Positions 43,144 to 53,526 of a stretch of 64,000 nt of DNA are shown piece after piece. The DNA comes from a virus, in the IMG/VR virus record IMGVR_UViG_3300037336_000025, positions 1-64,000 of that record. The stretch is one strand, 5' to 3'. The stretch's first letter is position 1; each line of letters starts with the position of its first letter. Both the position numbers and the translations under genes were made by a program. Below the pieces are notes generated by a model. The model did not search any database. It was not told the origin of the DNA and saw only the letters and a program-made list of their open reading frames with translations.

Positions 43144-44100
43144 TTAAGCGCTAATTGCACCCAATGTTACAGTAGGATCTTCTACTACAAAACTACCAGC
43201 GCTTGCTGGAACAAGTGTTCCTGTAGCATACAATGTAGAAACTGCAAGGGTTAATGTTCCGTCTACGCTATCGCCGGGTGCAGGTGCGCCTGGATCAACA
43301 TAGTTATCCTGCCAATAGACTAAAAGTTCAATTTGAGAAGCGGTGCCGTTGCTATTATCGGCAACACTTGGACTTCTGGCAAATATGCTAAAAGTGTTTG
43401 CGCCGTATGGACTAGAAGCAGAAGCTGCATACCATGCTGCGTAAGTATTAGATAATCGGTAAAAGTTAGTTCCATTGTTTGGTTCTGTACCAGTTCCAGG
43501 GGCATTCCCGCCAAATATAGGACCTGCACCACCGTTGATAGAACTAACTGTGTTTAACAAATTTGTCCAGCCTGTATTTTGTCCAGATGACGTTCCACCT
43601 GTCCTAGTTGAATTAAATCTTATCTGGCCGCCTGAATTGAAAAAATACCTAGCTTGTGCCGGCGAAGTAAATGTTACAGTAACAACAGCCTGCGCTAATG
43701 TATTCCAACTGTTTCCGTACGGTCCAGGCCATGCGGTGCTCGTACTGCCTTTAGATCGTGTTGCACTTTGACCTGCTGCAATATTAAATTTGTTAGCAAC
43801 GATTGTATTAGCAATTGTATCGTATTGAAAATTTGGCTTGGCTGCGTTGTATCGAACTATTTCGTTTTCTGCAATTGATCCTAAAGACGGTGCGCTACCT
43901 GTTTGATGATAATAGGCATTGTATATATCGAAAAACAAATTCGTCCAATCATTTACTCCTACTTTAGTTGATTGTGAAAGTGCAGAACTTTTAATCAGTT
44001 GTCCGTAGCCTGAATTACCAGATCCTGTGCCTAATATCTCGATAACTTTGTTTCTAATATCGTTATAATCTGCGAATTTAATTTTATCATTTACAGCCAT
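43144..44100 (-). CDS. virion structural protein (tail/baseplate-associated, G/S/T/N-rich)
   Basis: Shares ARYFFNSGG.I.F.S.R..G.S..QN..WT.LL with the next ORF; located in the tail module. Confidence 0.6.
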   Translation of the reverse strand: MAVNDKIKFADYNDIRNKVIEILGTGSGNSGYGQLIKSSALSQSTKVGVNDWTNLFFDIYNAYYHQTGSAPSLGSIAENEIVRYNAAKPNFQYDTIANTIVANKFNIAAGQSATRSKGSTSTAWPGPYGNSWNTLAQAVVTVTFTSPAQARYFFNSGGQIRFNSTRTGGTSSGQNTGWTNLLNTVSSINGGAGPIFGGNAPGTGTEPNNGTNFYRLSNTYAAWYAASASSPYGANTFSIFARSPSVADNSNGTASQIELLVYWQDNYVDPGAPAPGDSVDGTLTLAVSTLYATGTLVPASAGSFVVEDPTVTLGAISA

Positions 44101-44132
44101 GTATTAACTTTCCTCTACTCTATTTAACAATG

Positions 44133-45029
44133 TTAACTTGCGGTAATGCTAGATAGTGAATAGCTAGGACTAGTTATTGTAAACGGTGAACCACTAGGTA
44201 TTAGTGTTCCGGTAGCTTTTAATTCACTAATTGCAATTGATAGTGTTCCATTAACTAGATCTGCTGTATTAGCGTAGTTATCTTGCCAAGTTATTTTAAA
44301 AGTAACCGATGTAGCTGTTCCAGTTGAGTTATTAGCAACATTGCATAATGCAGCTAATTGACAAAAATTATTAGAATAAGGAGTACTTTGAGCAAGTTGA
44401 TAAAATGGTTGGTAGCTTGATGTTAGTGTATAAAAATTAGCAAGACTAGGAGTGGCGCCACCGAACGCTTGTGTGCCAACTGCTGCTAATAATTCTGTCC
44501 AAGCATTGTTTTGTGGCGTACTTGATCCTGCAGATCGGCTGCTAAAAAATTGAATTTTGCCACCGCTGTTAAAAAAATATCTAGCTTCGTTTGCTGTGCC
44601 AAATACAATTGTTAAGGTGCATGATGCTTGCGTACTCCAACTGCTACTGTAGGAGGTATTAGCTTTTGATGAAATAATTAATTGGTTAGCTCCGATATTA
44701 AATCTTGCTAGATCTGCTTGAGCAGCAATTGTTTCATAGTTAGTGTTTGGGTTGCTAGCACCGTATCGAATGACATCACCTGGTTGTAAAGTAACAATAG
44801 GAGGTTCAATTCCGTCCTGGTGTGTCTTTACATTTATTAAATCGTATCTAAGTAAATCCCAATGAGATTTAAGGATAGTATTCCCAGACGTCACAGCTGA
44901 GCTACTTGTTGCTTGTCCGTAGCCTCTACTACCAAGACCAGGACCTAATAATGTAACCGCTTTGTTGCGGATTGCATTATAGTCAAGATTTGAAATTCTT
45001 GCAGGAGTCTGTGAATCTAACTTTGCCAT
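44133..45029 (-). CDS. virion structural protein, paralogue of the previous gene
   Basis: Same core motif; DYNAIRNK N-terminus parallels DYNDIRNK. Confidence 0.6.
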   Translation of the reverse strand: MAKLDSQTPARISNLDYNAIRNKAVTLLGPGLGSRGYGQATSSSAVTSGNTILKSHWDLLRYDLINVKTHQDGIEPPIVTLQPGDVIRYGASNPNTNYETIAAQADLARFNIGANQLIISSKANTSYSSSWSTQASCTLTIVFGTANEARYFFNSGGKIQFFSSRSAGSSTPQNNAWTELLAAVGTQAFGGATPSLANFYTLTSSYQPFYQLAQSTPYSNNFCQLAALCNVANNSTGTATSVTFKITWQDNYANTADLVNGTLSIAISELKATGTLIPSGSPFTITSPSYSLSSITAS

Positions 45030-45030
45030 A

Positions 45031-46803
45031 TTATAGTACCAATACTTCGATTACTTTTGCACCTTCGTCATCACTGCTTTCTAGTGCAACAGCAAATACT
45101 CCGCTTGCATGTGGCGCTGCTATTATAGCACATCCATCATTTGATGCTACTAGCTCGTCACCTTTCTTAATACAACCAACTACTTTACAAGGAACACGCC
45201 CTTTAAGTGCAACATACACACCGCCTTCTAGATCTTTGTTCATCATATAGGCAGGATTGGTACTAATTACTCCAATAGCACGGTTACCTAACATGCTAGC
45301 AGTAACTTCTGCGTTACCGCCAATGCACATAACAGTGCCAGGAGCATATTCTGCATCTGGTAAATATTTTTCTGCCAAGTCAGCGTACCTAGCTGCTGCT
45401 GCTGTTCCTTGAAATATCGATCCATAAATATCGCCTGCACTATCTCTAACTGCAATAGTATTGATATCAGCTGATGTAGAAGAAGATCGATATATTGCTC
45501 CAACTAATAGTTGGTCAGCACTGTTTGATGTTCCTATAAATTTTCTAGCTGTGATATCACCGTCTGTACTTCTAACAGGAATTGAACTTTTATCAGCGGT
45601 ACTAGGCAATGTTACTGATGGGCTGTTCTCTCCTAACTTGCTAGCATTGTCTGAGTTACCAGTTAAGTTTCCTTGCACGTTTCCAAATAATGTTCCTCTG
45701 AGTATTGCACCAGCATAGCCAATTTCTTTTGAGCTACCATTAATCATCACTGTAGAATCAGTTGCTATTAGATTGCCAATATGATTTCCAGTGGAATTTC
45801 CAGTAATGTTACCAACTAAGTTAGCTGTTACTGTAGTTGCATATATGTTACGCCATATTGAACTAGTAGTTCCTAGATCGTATGTGCTAGTCTGTGACGG
45901 CGTTATACCAGTGTCGCTAAACACTGCAACATCTTTAGCAATTGACCCGATTGGGTTCGTGATCCGTACAGTAATTGTTTCGCCAATTTGATTTTCAATA
46001 AGAGCACCTGCGGTTGGATCAATCCAAAGGCGTATGTCGCTATCTACACCGATAGTTATTCCAGCGTCAGTTGCAAAACTAACTCCAGACGTAAACGAAT
46101 TTTCGCCGCGTTGTAAGAACTGGGTTGCCAACACTCCTCCTAATCTTAAAGAGTTAGATGCTGTTCCCCATACTAATTCATCGCTTGACCCTACTCCGGA
46201 GCTATTTGTATTAATTAATGTAATACCTTTCTTGATTACTGTAAATCCAGTAATAGGATTCACTCCGCTGTTAAGCGTAAATTCGTCTTGGCTTACAATT
46301 GCTATAGTTTTGGTTGTCGTGCCGCCGGCGATAAATTTAAGAATAGTATGACTAGTGTTTAACGTATCTTTAACTACTTGGGCAATTACTGAACTTGTAC
46401 CTAAATCTGGACTAGCTGCTGGACCAACTAGTATAAAGTCGGTTCCGGTATATGCATACAACTGTTTAGCAGAGCTATCCCACCAAAATTCACCTATTGC
46501 TAATCCGCTAGGTGCAGTAGCTGCTACTTCGGCGCCGCCGGCAACTTTCCACTTTGCATCTGTCTCATTATAAAACTTTAATTTTTTGTTTGCACTATCG
46601 TACCAAATTTGACCGGTAACTGCTTTAGGAGGTTGAGTAGTATTAGCAAAATGCTCCATTAAATGTAGATAGTTTTCATTTTGCACTTCGCCGTAACCTG
46701 CGTAGTTCTTACCAACGAAACGTAAATCTGTAGTGGAATCGATGGTTCCGTCTGCTACAGATGTTAAAAACGTTCCGTTAAAATTATTTACTTGATATGC
46801 CAT
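45031..46803 (-). CDS. tail fibre/spike with C-terminal autoprocessed-chaperone-like domain
   Basis: Shared N-terminal domain (DGTID..TDL.FVGKNY.GYGE..NEN); C-terminal ARYADLAEKY...GVISTNP...VALKGRVPCKV. Confidence 0.7.
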   Translation of the reverse strand: MAYQVNNFNGTFLTSVADGTIDSTTDLRFVGKNYAGYGEVQNENYLHLMEHFANTTQPPKAVTGQIWYDSANKKLKFYNETDAKWKVAGGAEVAATAPSGLAIGEFWWDSSAKQLYAYTGTDFILVGPAASPDLGTSSVIAQVVKDTLNTSHTILKFIAGGTTTKTIAIVSQDEFTLNSGVNPITGFTVIKKGITLINTNSSGVGSSDELVWGTASNSLRLGGVLATQFLQRGENSFTSGVSFATDAGITIGVDSDIRLWIDPTAGALIENQIGETITVRITNPIGSIAKDVAVFSDTGITPSQTSTYDLGTTSSIWRNIYATTVTANLVGNITGNSTGNHIGNLIATDSTVMINGSSKEIGYAGAILRGTLFGNVQGNLTGNSDNASKLGENSPSVTLPSTADKSSIPVRSTDGDITARKFIGTSNSADQLLVGAIYRSSSTSADINTIAVRDSAGDIYGSIFQGTAAAARYADLAEKYLPDAEYAPGTVMCIGGNAEVTASMLGNRAIGVISTNPAYMMNKDLEGGVYVALKGRVPCKVVGCIKKGDELVASNDGCAIIAAPHASGVFAVALESSDDEGAKVIEVLVL

Positions 46804-46829
46804 GATTCAATAGTCCCAAAGTGTAGTTG

Positions 46830-46836
46830 TATTTAT
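46830..46836 (-). promoter_or_regulatory. late promoter ATAAATA
   Basis: + strand TATTTAT in the gap before the 590-aa fibre gene. Confidence 0.6.
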
Positions 46837-46846
46837 TCGAAGCCAA

Positions 46847-47203
46847 TTAAACGATTCTGCTGGCTGCTGTTTCTCGTTGTGACTCTAGTGTTAAGTATTG
46901 TTCTTCTGTTAAACTAGTTGTAATACCTAGTGCTTTTTGTCTAATATGGCGCAACACTTTCCAGTCTGTACTATTAAGGAATTCTCTTTCTTGACCGTTT
47001 GTAATCTCTATTTCTTTTTGCGTAATTACTTCTGCAGAAACAGATAATACATTAGCCGACTCAACATTAAAATAGTGTGTTTGTGACATTATTTGAGCAT
47101 ACTGCTCGTCAGTAATTAAGGTAATACTGACTGTGCTCGGTACTGCTGGCTCGTAGGACATAATACTTGTTACTGCTGCGTTCTCTATACATACATAATA
47201 CAT
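46847..47203 (-). CDS. putative tail fibre assembly chaperone
   Basis: 118 aa directly after the fibre gene; EREFLNSTDWKVLRH resembles Tfa-type L..TDW motifs. Confidence 0.55.
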   Translation of the reverse strand: MYYVCIENAAVTSIMSYEPAVPSTVSITLITDEQYAQIMSQTHYFNVESANVLSVSAEVITQKEIEITNGQEREFLNSTDWKVLRHIRQKALGITTSLTEEQYLTLESQRETAASRIV

Positions 47204-47204
47204 A

Positions 47205-49511
47205 TTATTGACTCCAAATTACTAGGTAGTTTGCTGCTGGTGTAGATCGCTGTTCTGTATTTTGTACATAAACTCGAACTCTATCGCTAAGGTATGAGTA
47301 TGTGCATCGTAAACTGTCGTCTCCGTTCACGCCGCCTGCAAAGTGAATCATGCGGATTGATGGTATAAATGCCACTAGATTAGCCATTGTTTTTCCACTC
47401 GGTGGATATAAATCAAAGTAGTTAGCACCATCATTGAACGATCCAACTTGATTAGTAAACCCTGAGGTACTAAAAGAGGAACCTGAAATAATTTGATACT
47501 GTGGTATCCTGCTGTCAACATATGCTTTTGTAGCAGCATGGTTAGTGGCTACTGGAGTTCCAACCAAAGTTAAATACCCAGTCATTGCGCCGCCTGCTAA
47601 CGGAACTTTTGTAGTGTCTGGAGCCGAGATAGTAATATTCGATGTACCGTTAAACAGCGTACCGTTGATTGTTCTTGCTGTTTGCAGTTGAGTTGCAGTA
47701 GTTGAATTTCCAGTTACGTTACCAGTAACATTACCAGACACTGTAGCAGTTATAGTACCTGCACTAAAATTACCACTGCTATCTCTAGCAACTACTGTAC
47801 CGGCAGTATTAGACGATGTTGCATCAATTGACAGCGTTGTCGGAGTTGATAGACTGTAGGACAATACTGGCGAACCGCTCACTGTGTTAATAAAACTTAA
47901 ATGTGTTCCACTTGATAGAGCCTCTTGACCAATTGCTAGCCAAGATAATGTACCTGCTGCACCGGCAGTTAACACTGTTCCAGCTATCCCGACAGGCAAT
48001 AAATTTGTTGTGCTAGCTGCTGTCTGGTAAGGGATAGATCCTGCTGCGCCGGCTGCTATGTTTGTTGCAGTAGCTGCTAAGGTTGCAGTATCTGCATTTC
48101 CAACTAGGTTGCTAGCATACACTTGATTCCAAACAGCAGTAGGGTGTCCTAAATTAGTAATAGTTCCAGTAGTAGGTATAAGAGCCGGACTATCTTGGCC
48201 GCCTAACGCTAGAGAATCAGCAGATGGAATAAACCTAATGTCTGTGATATTTCCTTGACGGGTATCTACTATGTCAAATTTAATTTGTTTATTACTTGCC
48301 AATCCTCTAATCGTAGGAATTCCGCCTGTGTCGGTAAACATTTTAATACTACTATCAACTTCAACTCCGGTTGCTGCGGTTTTAAGAGATGTTAAAATTC
48401 CAACACTAGTAAGACTTGATGTAGTTACTGCACCATTTAATGTTGTGCCGGTCAATGTGCCTGCGGCAGCGGTAACTGTAACATCTGAAGATCCGTCAAA
48501 ATAAGTTCCGTTAATATTCCTGCCTGTCTGTAACCTTGTTGCTGAAGACGAATTTCCTCTTAATACCGGTCCAATAATTTGAGTAGCTTGTATTATATCA
48601 AATACGCTAGTTCCAGTAGTTGCAGTCACATTACCCACAACGTTGCCAACTAGGTCAGCAGTGATAGTCCCAGCAGCAAATCCGCCTTGGCTATTTCTTG
48701 CTACAACTTTTCCAATAACATTTGCAGAGCTTGCATCAACGCTCCATGTAATCGGCATAGATCCGTTAAAATTAGAACCAGTTAAATAATCACCTCTAAT
48801 TAAATTATTAGAGGTGCTGGCCTGCACTATAATGTCAGATGTGCCGTTGAATCCTATACCGTTAATTGTTCTTAATTCTTCTAATTGACTTGCACTAGAA
48901 GCATTGCCTATAATATCGCCTTTAAATGTTCGAAGTGTTGACATTGTAATGCCTGCTACTACATCTAAAAATCCTTCAATTGTTTCAGATAGTGAAATTG
49001 TAAATGCACTTGTAGAACAGATAGCTGTTACTGTGCCGTCAATAGTCAATAGTATGACGGGATGCCGATTACCATCAATACCTAATACAGTAGTAGACTT
49101 TGCTCGAGTAGTGTCAAATCCTTCAGCAACTTCGGGTCCGATAAATTCCCATGCAGTACCATTCCAGATGTTTAATGTATTGATATCGCTGTCTAACCAC
49201 AATGCACCGTTAGCTGGCTGTTCTGGCGCAGTAGCTGATAATATTGCTGCGCCGACTACAGCCCATGCAGTTCCGTTATACACGTATAGTAAACTGTTGG
49301 TAGAGTTAAACCACGTTTGCCCTTGGATCGGCCTCGATGGCGCCGAATCATTAGAAAAGTTTTCTAATAAGAATACAAAATTTTCATTCTGAGTTTCTCC
49401 ATAGCCAACATAATTTCTGCCAACCAACCCAATGCTAGTAGACGTATCAATTGTCCCGTCTTCAAGGACAACTAACTGCGGTCCACTAAATTTATTAATT
49501 ATATACGACAT
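47205..49511 (-). CDS. long tail fibre
   Basis: Shared N-terminal domain; repeated GNS.SA.(R/Q)L.T.R.ING..F.G and DA.S.N..G.VVAR.S.G.F.AGTITA fibre repeats; distinct C-terminal tip. Confidence 0.8.
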   Translation of the reverse strand: MSYIINKFSGPQLVVLEDGTIDTSTSIGLVGRNYVGYGETQNENFVFLLENFSNDSAPSRPIQGQTWFNSTNSLLYVYNGTAWAVVGAAILSATAPEQPANGALWLDSDINTLNIWNGTAWEFIGPEVAEGFDTTRAKSTTVLGIDGNRHPVILLTIDGTVTAICSTSAFTISLSETIEGFLDVVAGITMSTLRTFKGDIIGNASSASQLEELRTINGIGFNGTSDIIVQASTSNNLIRGDYLTGSNFNGSMPITWSVDASSANVIGKVVARNSQGGFAAGTITADLVGNVVGNVTATTGTSVFDIIQATQIIGPVLRGNSSSATRLQTGRNINGTYFDGSSDVTVTAAAGTLTGTTLNGAVTTSSLTSVGILTSLKTAATGVEVDSSIKMFTDTGGIPTIRGLASNKQIKFDIVDTRQGNITDIRFIPSADSLALGGQDSPALIPTTGTITNLGHPTAVWNQVYASNLVGNADTATLAATATNIAAGAAGSIPYQTAASTTNLLPVGIAGTVLTAGAAGTLSWLAIGQEALSSGTHLSFINTVSGSPVLSYSLSTPTTLSIDATSSNTAGTVVARDSSGNFSAGTITATVSGNVTGNVTGNSTTATQLQTARTINGTLFNGTSNITISAPDTTKVPLAGGAMTGYLTLVGTPVATNHAATKAYVDSRIPQYQIISGSSFSTSGFTNQVGSFNDGANYFDLYPPSGKTMANLVAFIPSIRMIHFAGGVNGDDSLRCTYSYLSDRVRVYVQNTEQRSTPAANYLVIWSQ

Positions 49512-49532
49512 CTAAGGCGCTCCTGGTTCTCA

Positions 49533-51362
49533 TTACGGTGGAAGGATCGTGTCGGATACCCATACCCAACCGCCTACTCCCAAATAAAATTGTTTAATAA
49601 TTCTTGTTGTAGTGATCGACGGCGATGGCACCGTAGCCGTACCGATTGAATAATTTGTTACTGCCGGTGCAGTTCCTGTCGGGGTATTAAAAGTTGCTGT
49701 CGATTTACCTGCTGCTAACAATGTATTTAAATCTAATGACACAGTGTTGTTAGTTAGCGTAGTACATAAAATTCTTGCAATTGTTCCTACTCTGTAATAG
49801 GCAGTCGGGGCAAGATTATTTAAAATGTTGGTAATAATGTAACTATTTGGCTTACCGTCTGATAAGTCCATGCTGAACAATAAGTTTCGTAGTTCTATAG
49901 TATTATCAACATATTCTTTTGTAGCAGCGTCTTGCTGATCAACAGGATCAGCTAGACCAATAATTCTAGGATCACCAATTAACGCAACATTACCTACGCC
50001 GTCTGGTGCTAACTCAAGATTAAGATCAGAAGGTACTGTTGATATCCTATTATTTTCTAACAGCAGTTGCGGGTCAGCAACTCCTAACGGATACGGTCCA
50101 ACAGTAATTGATAATTGCGTACCAAGCTGATTAACGTTAGGAAAGTTTGTTACAAAAACTGTATCAGTATTAAGTACTGTTACACCATTAATTTTGTATT
50201 CCGGAGCGGGAACTGAATCTGATGTAACTAAATTTATGTGTTCGGAACTGTTCCATGCACGAGATGCATCAGTCCAAGTTAAGGTGTGATCAGTAGTACC
50301 TTTTAGTGTGATTCCACCTCCGTCAGCATTAGCGTTAGATGGACTGTTAGATGCTGCTAATTCAATATTTTTATCATCAACTGTTAATGTTGTAGAGTTA
50401 ACTGTAGTTGTTGTTCCTTCAACTGTAAAGTTTCCAGCAATTGTTAAATTTCCGCCAACATTGACTTGACTATCAGTAGCGCCTTCATATAAGTTAATAA
50501 CCCTAGTCGATGATGATATTACTATGGCTGCATCTGAAGTTGTATCATCTTTATTAACTTGAAATGTTATATTTTTGTTTGATGAAGAATTTGCGATTAA
50601 TACGTTTCCGTTGGATACTTGTAAAATAAGCTCGTTAGCTAATCCAATAACAACTCCAAGATCGTCTTGAATAGTTAGAGAACCGTTTAATTGATTGTTA
50701 GTATCTGTTCTTACATAGGTAGTAGACGGCACGCCACCTAAACTATCTGAATTAGTTGCAGTAACATTAAACTTTAATCCCGATAAGCTGCCAGCATTAA
50801 ATCCTGGACTGATGTTTCCACTAAATCCAATAATTGCATTTTTTGGAGTAAATGCATCTTTAGCAAATATGCCTAATAAAATTCCGTTATTATATAAACT
50901 TGTGATAACACGAGTTTGGTTTAACGTGTCTAAAATACTATCAACTTTTAATCCACTCAACGATTGACTAGCAGAATAAGCCGGTCCTAATAAAATTGGT
51001 GTCGTTCCATCAAAGAAATATAATTGAGCATCTGTACTACTAAACCAAAGATCGCCAATTCCTAATGTACCGGGTTGTGTGCTTGCAATTGTAGCAGAAC
51101 TAACTGGTATAAATGTAGTACCATTATAAACTTTTAATTTATTTTCTGCCGTATCAAACCACAGTTGCCCGGTAATAGGGTGCACCGGACTAGCAGTACT
51201 TGAAAAATGTTCGAGAAGTTTAATAAAGTTTTCGTTAAGAGCTTCTCCAAATCCGCTATAGTTTTTACCGATAAGAGTTATATCTGTTGATAGAGTATCT
51301 ATTTGTCCATCTGCTACTGTAGCAACAATAGTGCCGTCTGTTTTGTTAACTTGATATGCCAT
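49533..51362 (-). CDS. tail fibre/baseplate-attached protein
   Basis: Shared N-terminal domain; GNFTVEGTTTTVNSTTLTVDDKNIEL and DAATKEYVD fibre motifs. Confidence 0.7.
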   Translation of the reverse strand: MAYQVNKTDGTIVATVADGQIDTLSTDITLIGKNYSGFGEALNENFIKLLEHFSSTASPVHPITGQLWFDTAENKLKVYNGTTFIPVSSATIASTQPGTLGIGDLWFSSTDAQLYFFDGTTPILLGPAYSASQSLSGLKVDSILDTLNQTRVITSLYNNGILLGIFAKDAFTPKNAIIGFSGNISPGFNAGSLSGLKFNVTATNSDSLGGVPSTTYVRTDTNNQLNGSLTIQDDLGVVIGLANELILQVSNGNVLIANSSSNKNITFQVNKDDTTSDAAIVISSSTRVINLYEGATDSQVNVGGNLTIAGNFTVEGTTTTVNSTTLTVDDKNIELAASNSPSNANADGGGITLKGTTDHTLTWTDASRAWNSSEHINLVTSDSVPAPEYKINGVTVLNTDTVFVTNFPNVNQLGTQLSITVGPYPLGVADPQLLLENNRISTVPSDLNLELAPDGVGNVALIGDPRIIGLADPVDQQDAATKEYVDNTIELRNLLFSMDLSDGKPNSYIITNILNNLAPTAYYRVGTIARILCTTLTNNTVSLDLNTLLAAGKSTATFNTPTGTAPAVTNYSIGTATVPSPSITTTRIIKQFYLGVGGWVWVSDTILPP

Positions 51363-51375
51363 ATTTTCTACCTAA

Positions 51376-53523
51376 TTATACCGCCGTAGTAAATGCAGGA
51401 GGACCTGATCTAATAATGTAATTTAATGTTTGATACGGATTCATTATACCAACTGCTGTACTAAATGTAAAATCGGAACTTGGCTTCTTAATAGGTCCAG
51501 AAGTATTTAGGAACTGTGCTTGTCCAGGTGCTGTTGGGCCAAACCCAGTTGTTGCAGGTGGATTAATTGCGGTATCAACTCGGATTGCAGAATACTGTGT
51601 GCCTGCATTTTGTAAACTGTGTTCGTGATCTGGAAGATTTCCTAAGGATAATGTCACTGAACTTGCACCAGCATCGGCACCTAACTGCTGTGCTTTAGTG
51701 TCTGGAACCCGACTAGCGGTTCCACCGCCTGCGTCAACATACCCGCCGATACTGTTAGGAACTGTACCAGCATTATCCATATTGTCTCTACCTAACGGAA
51801 ATCGTCCTCGTAAGTCTGGCAATCTATATGTATTTACGCCACTGAGAGCTGCTGTACCATTGTATGTTGTAGAAATAATGTCGAATAGTTCAGGATATTT
51901 AATGCGTTCAATTTCGCTGCCATCACAAAATAAGAATCCATAAGGTACAGACCCTCCTGCATACGGAAGGATAGCACCAATTGGTATACCTAAATCGCCT
52001 ACAAACGTATCTCTAGTTTGTTTTAATAATCCACTTGATACACTAGCTGCTTCAGATTCTCTGTAGGTTAATATAAAATCTGTTTTCTTAGATACGTTAG
52101 GAAAAGGATTACTTTTTGCTGAAATAATATTTGCAGTTAGTGAAGTAGCAAATGTTTTAGTATAACTGCCAACTTGTCCATCGAACTGGATAGCCGGAGA
52201 TACTACGTCTCCAGTTAACTGAAAGGTAGTTACATTTTTTAAACTAATAGCTCTGTTTGCATCTCCACTAATGTTGCCGTCTAATACACCTCGGATAGTG
52301 TCTGCAATAACGGTTTTTGCTCTTACAGTGTTCCAGCGTTTTAGTGATGTTCCGTTATCATAGGTATCAGTAGTTGCAGGTTGCAAGTCATTAAGTTGAG
52401 TAGTCCCGGTAACGTTTAGACCTTCTCCAATTAATACGTTTTTAGTAACTGCTAATCCGCCTAGTGTGCGGATGCTGCCGTTGCCAAAGTTAGTGCTAGC
52501 GGTTGCGTTTGTTACTATTAAATTTCCGTTTAGTGTAATGTTTCCATCAACATCTAATGCTTCTTCAGGAACTGCTTTGTTGATGCCTATCTTATTATCA
52601 AGCACACGCAAAATTGTAGTAGGTACACCGTTTCGGTTAACTTGCAAATCTACAGAACTACCTGCGGCTGAATTATAAATTCGAGCAGAAGTGGCGCTAG
52701 TTGAGATATTAAAGTTTCCATCAAGTCCAAGTGTTACTCCCGAATTGTTTTTAACAACAATTCCAAAATCAGTAGTATTAGTAATATCTGATCTTAAAAA
52801 TTTACTAGCTGAAATAATTGAAGTGTCAGTAGGAGTGTAAGTTGAATCAACTTTTAATGCGTTAGCAATTAATGAGGTCCCATAATACTTAGGTAGGAAT
52901 CCACCTTCGAAGCTTGTAATTTCTTCACTAGTTGCAGGTATATTAATATTAATACCACTCTTGATTAGCGGGTATCCAGAGATAGTAACTTTTGGGGTGA
53001 AACTATCTTTACTAATAATAATTACCGGAATGTCAGCGATATAAAATGCTAATACAGATCTAGTTGCGTTATCTGAGTCAATAATAGATTCCACAGAAGG
53101 TCCGTATCGTAGACCGTCTAACGAACTTTCGCTTGGTCCAACTAAAATCCATCGCGTTCCTGTATAGATACGTAACTGCTGATTAGTAGTATCGACCCAT
53201 AGTTCTCCAACTTTAGAAGTTTCTACGCTCGGTTCATTTGGACTCTTTTGAATGTTACTAGCTGCTTTCCAATTAGTTCCGTCAAATAATTGTAAAAATC
53301 CGTTACCACTATCATACCAAAGTTGTCCTTCAGTTGGATTAATTGGTTGGTCGGCACTAGCAAAGTTTTCTAATACGTGTAGGAAATTTTCTGCAATAAT
53401 CTGCCCGTACCCGGTAACATTCCTGCCTGGAAATGTTAAACTAGTGTCTGTGCTAGAAGTATTGTCAAACACCGTTAATGGTGTTTTATTGTCGCTGTCG
53501 GTAAATTTAACTGTATATGGCAT
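51376..53523 (-). CDS. short tail fibre-like protein with tail-collar domain
   Basis: Shared N-terminal domain; PIGAILPYAG...GFLFCDG....YPELF...YRLPDLRGRFPLG collar motif; C-terminal MNPYQTLNYIIR. Confidence 0.8.
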   Translation of the reverse strand: MPYTVKFTDSDNKTPLTVFDNTSSTDTSLTFPGRNVTGYGQIIAENFLHVLENFASADQPINPTEGQLWYDSGNGFLQLFDGTNWKAASNIQKSPNEPSVETSKVGELWVDTTNQQLRIYTGTRWILVGPSESSLDGLRYGPSVESIIDSDNATRSVLAFYIADIPVIIISKDSFTPKVTISGYPLIKSGININIPATSEEITSFEGGFLPKYYGTSLIANALKVDSTYTPTDTSIISASKFLRSDITNTTDFGIVVKNNSGVTLGLDGNFNISTSATSARIYNSAAGSSVDLQVNRNGVPTTILRVLDNKIGINKAVPEEALDVDGNITLNGNLIVTNATASTNFGNGSIRTLGGLAVTKNVLIGEGLNVTGTTQLNDLQPATTDTYDNGTSLKRWNTVRAKTVIADTIRGVLDGNISGDANRAISLKNVTTFQLTGDVVSPAIQFDGQVGSYTKTFATSLTANIISAKSNPFPNVSKKTDFILTYRESEAASVSSGLLKQTRDTFVGDLGIPIGAILPYAGGSVPYGFLFCDGSEIERIKYPELFDIISTTYNGTAALSGVNTYRLPDLRGRFPLGRDNMDNAGTVPNSIGGYVDAGGGTASRVPDTKAQQLGADAGASSVTLSLGNLPDHEHSLQNAGTQYSAIRVDTAINPPATTGFGPTAPGQAQFLNTSGPIKKPSSDFTFSTAVGIMNPYQTLNYIIRSGPPAFTTAV

Positions 53524-53526
53524 TTA

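Noticed and set aside
45031-53523. Diversity-generating retroelement or invertase switching of fibre tips
   Set aside because: No reverse transcriptase or invertase gene, no near-identical template/variable repeat pair and no inverted crossover sites seen in the window.
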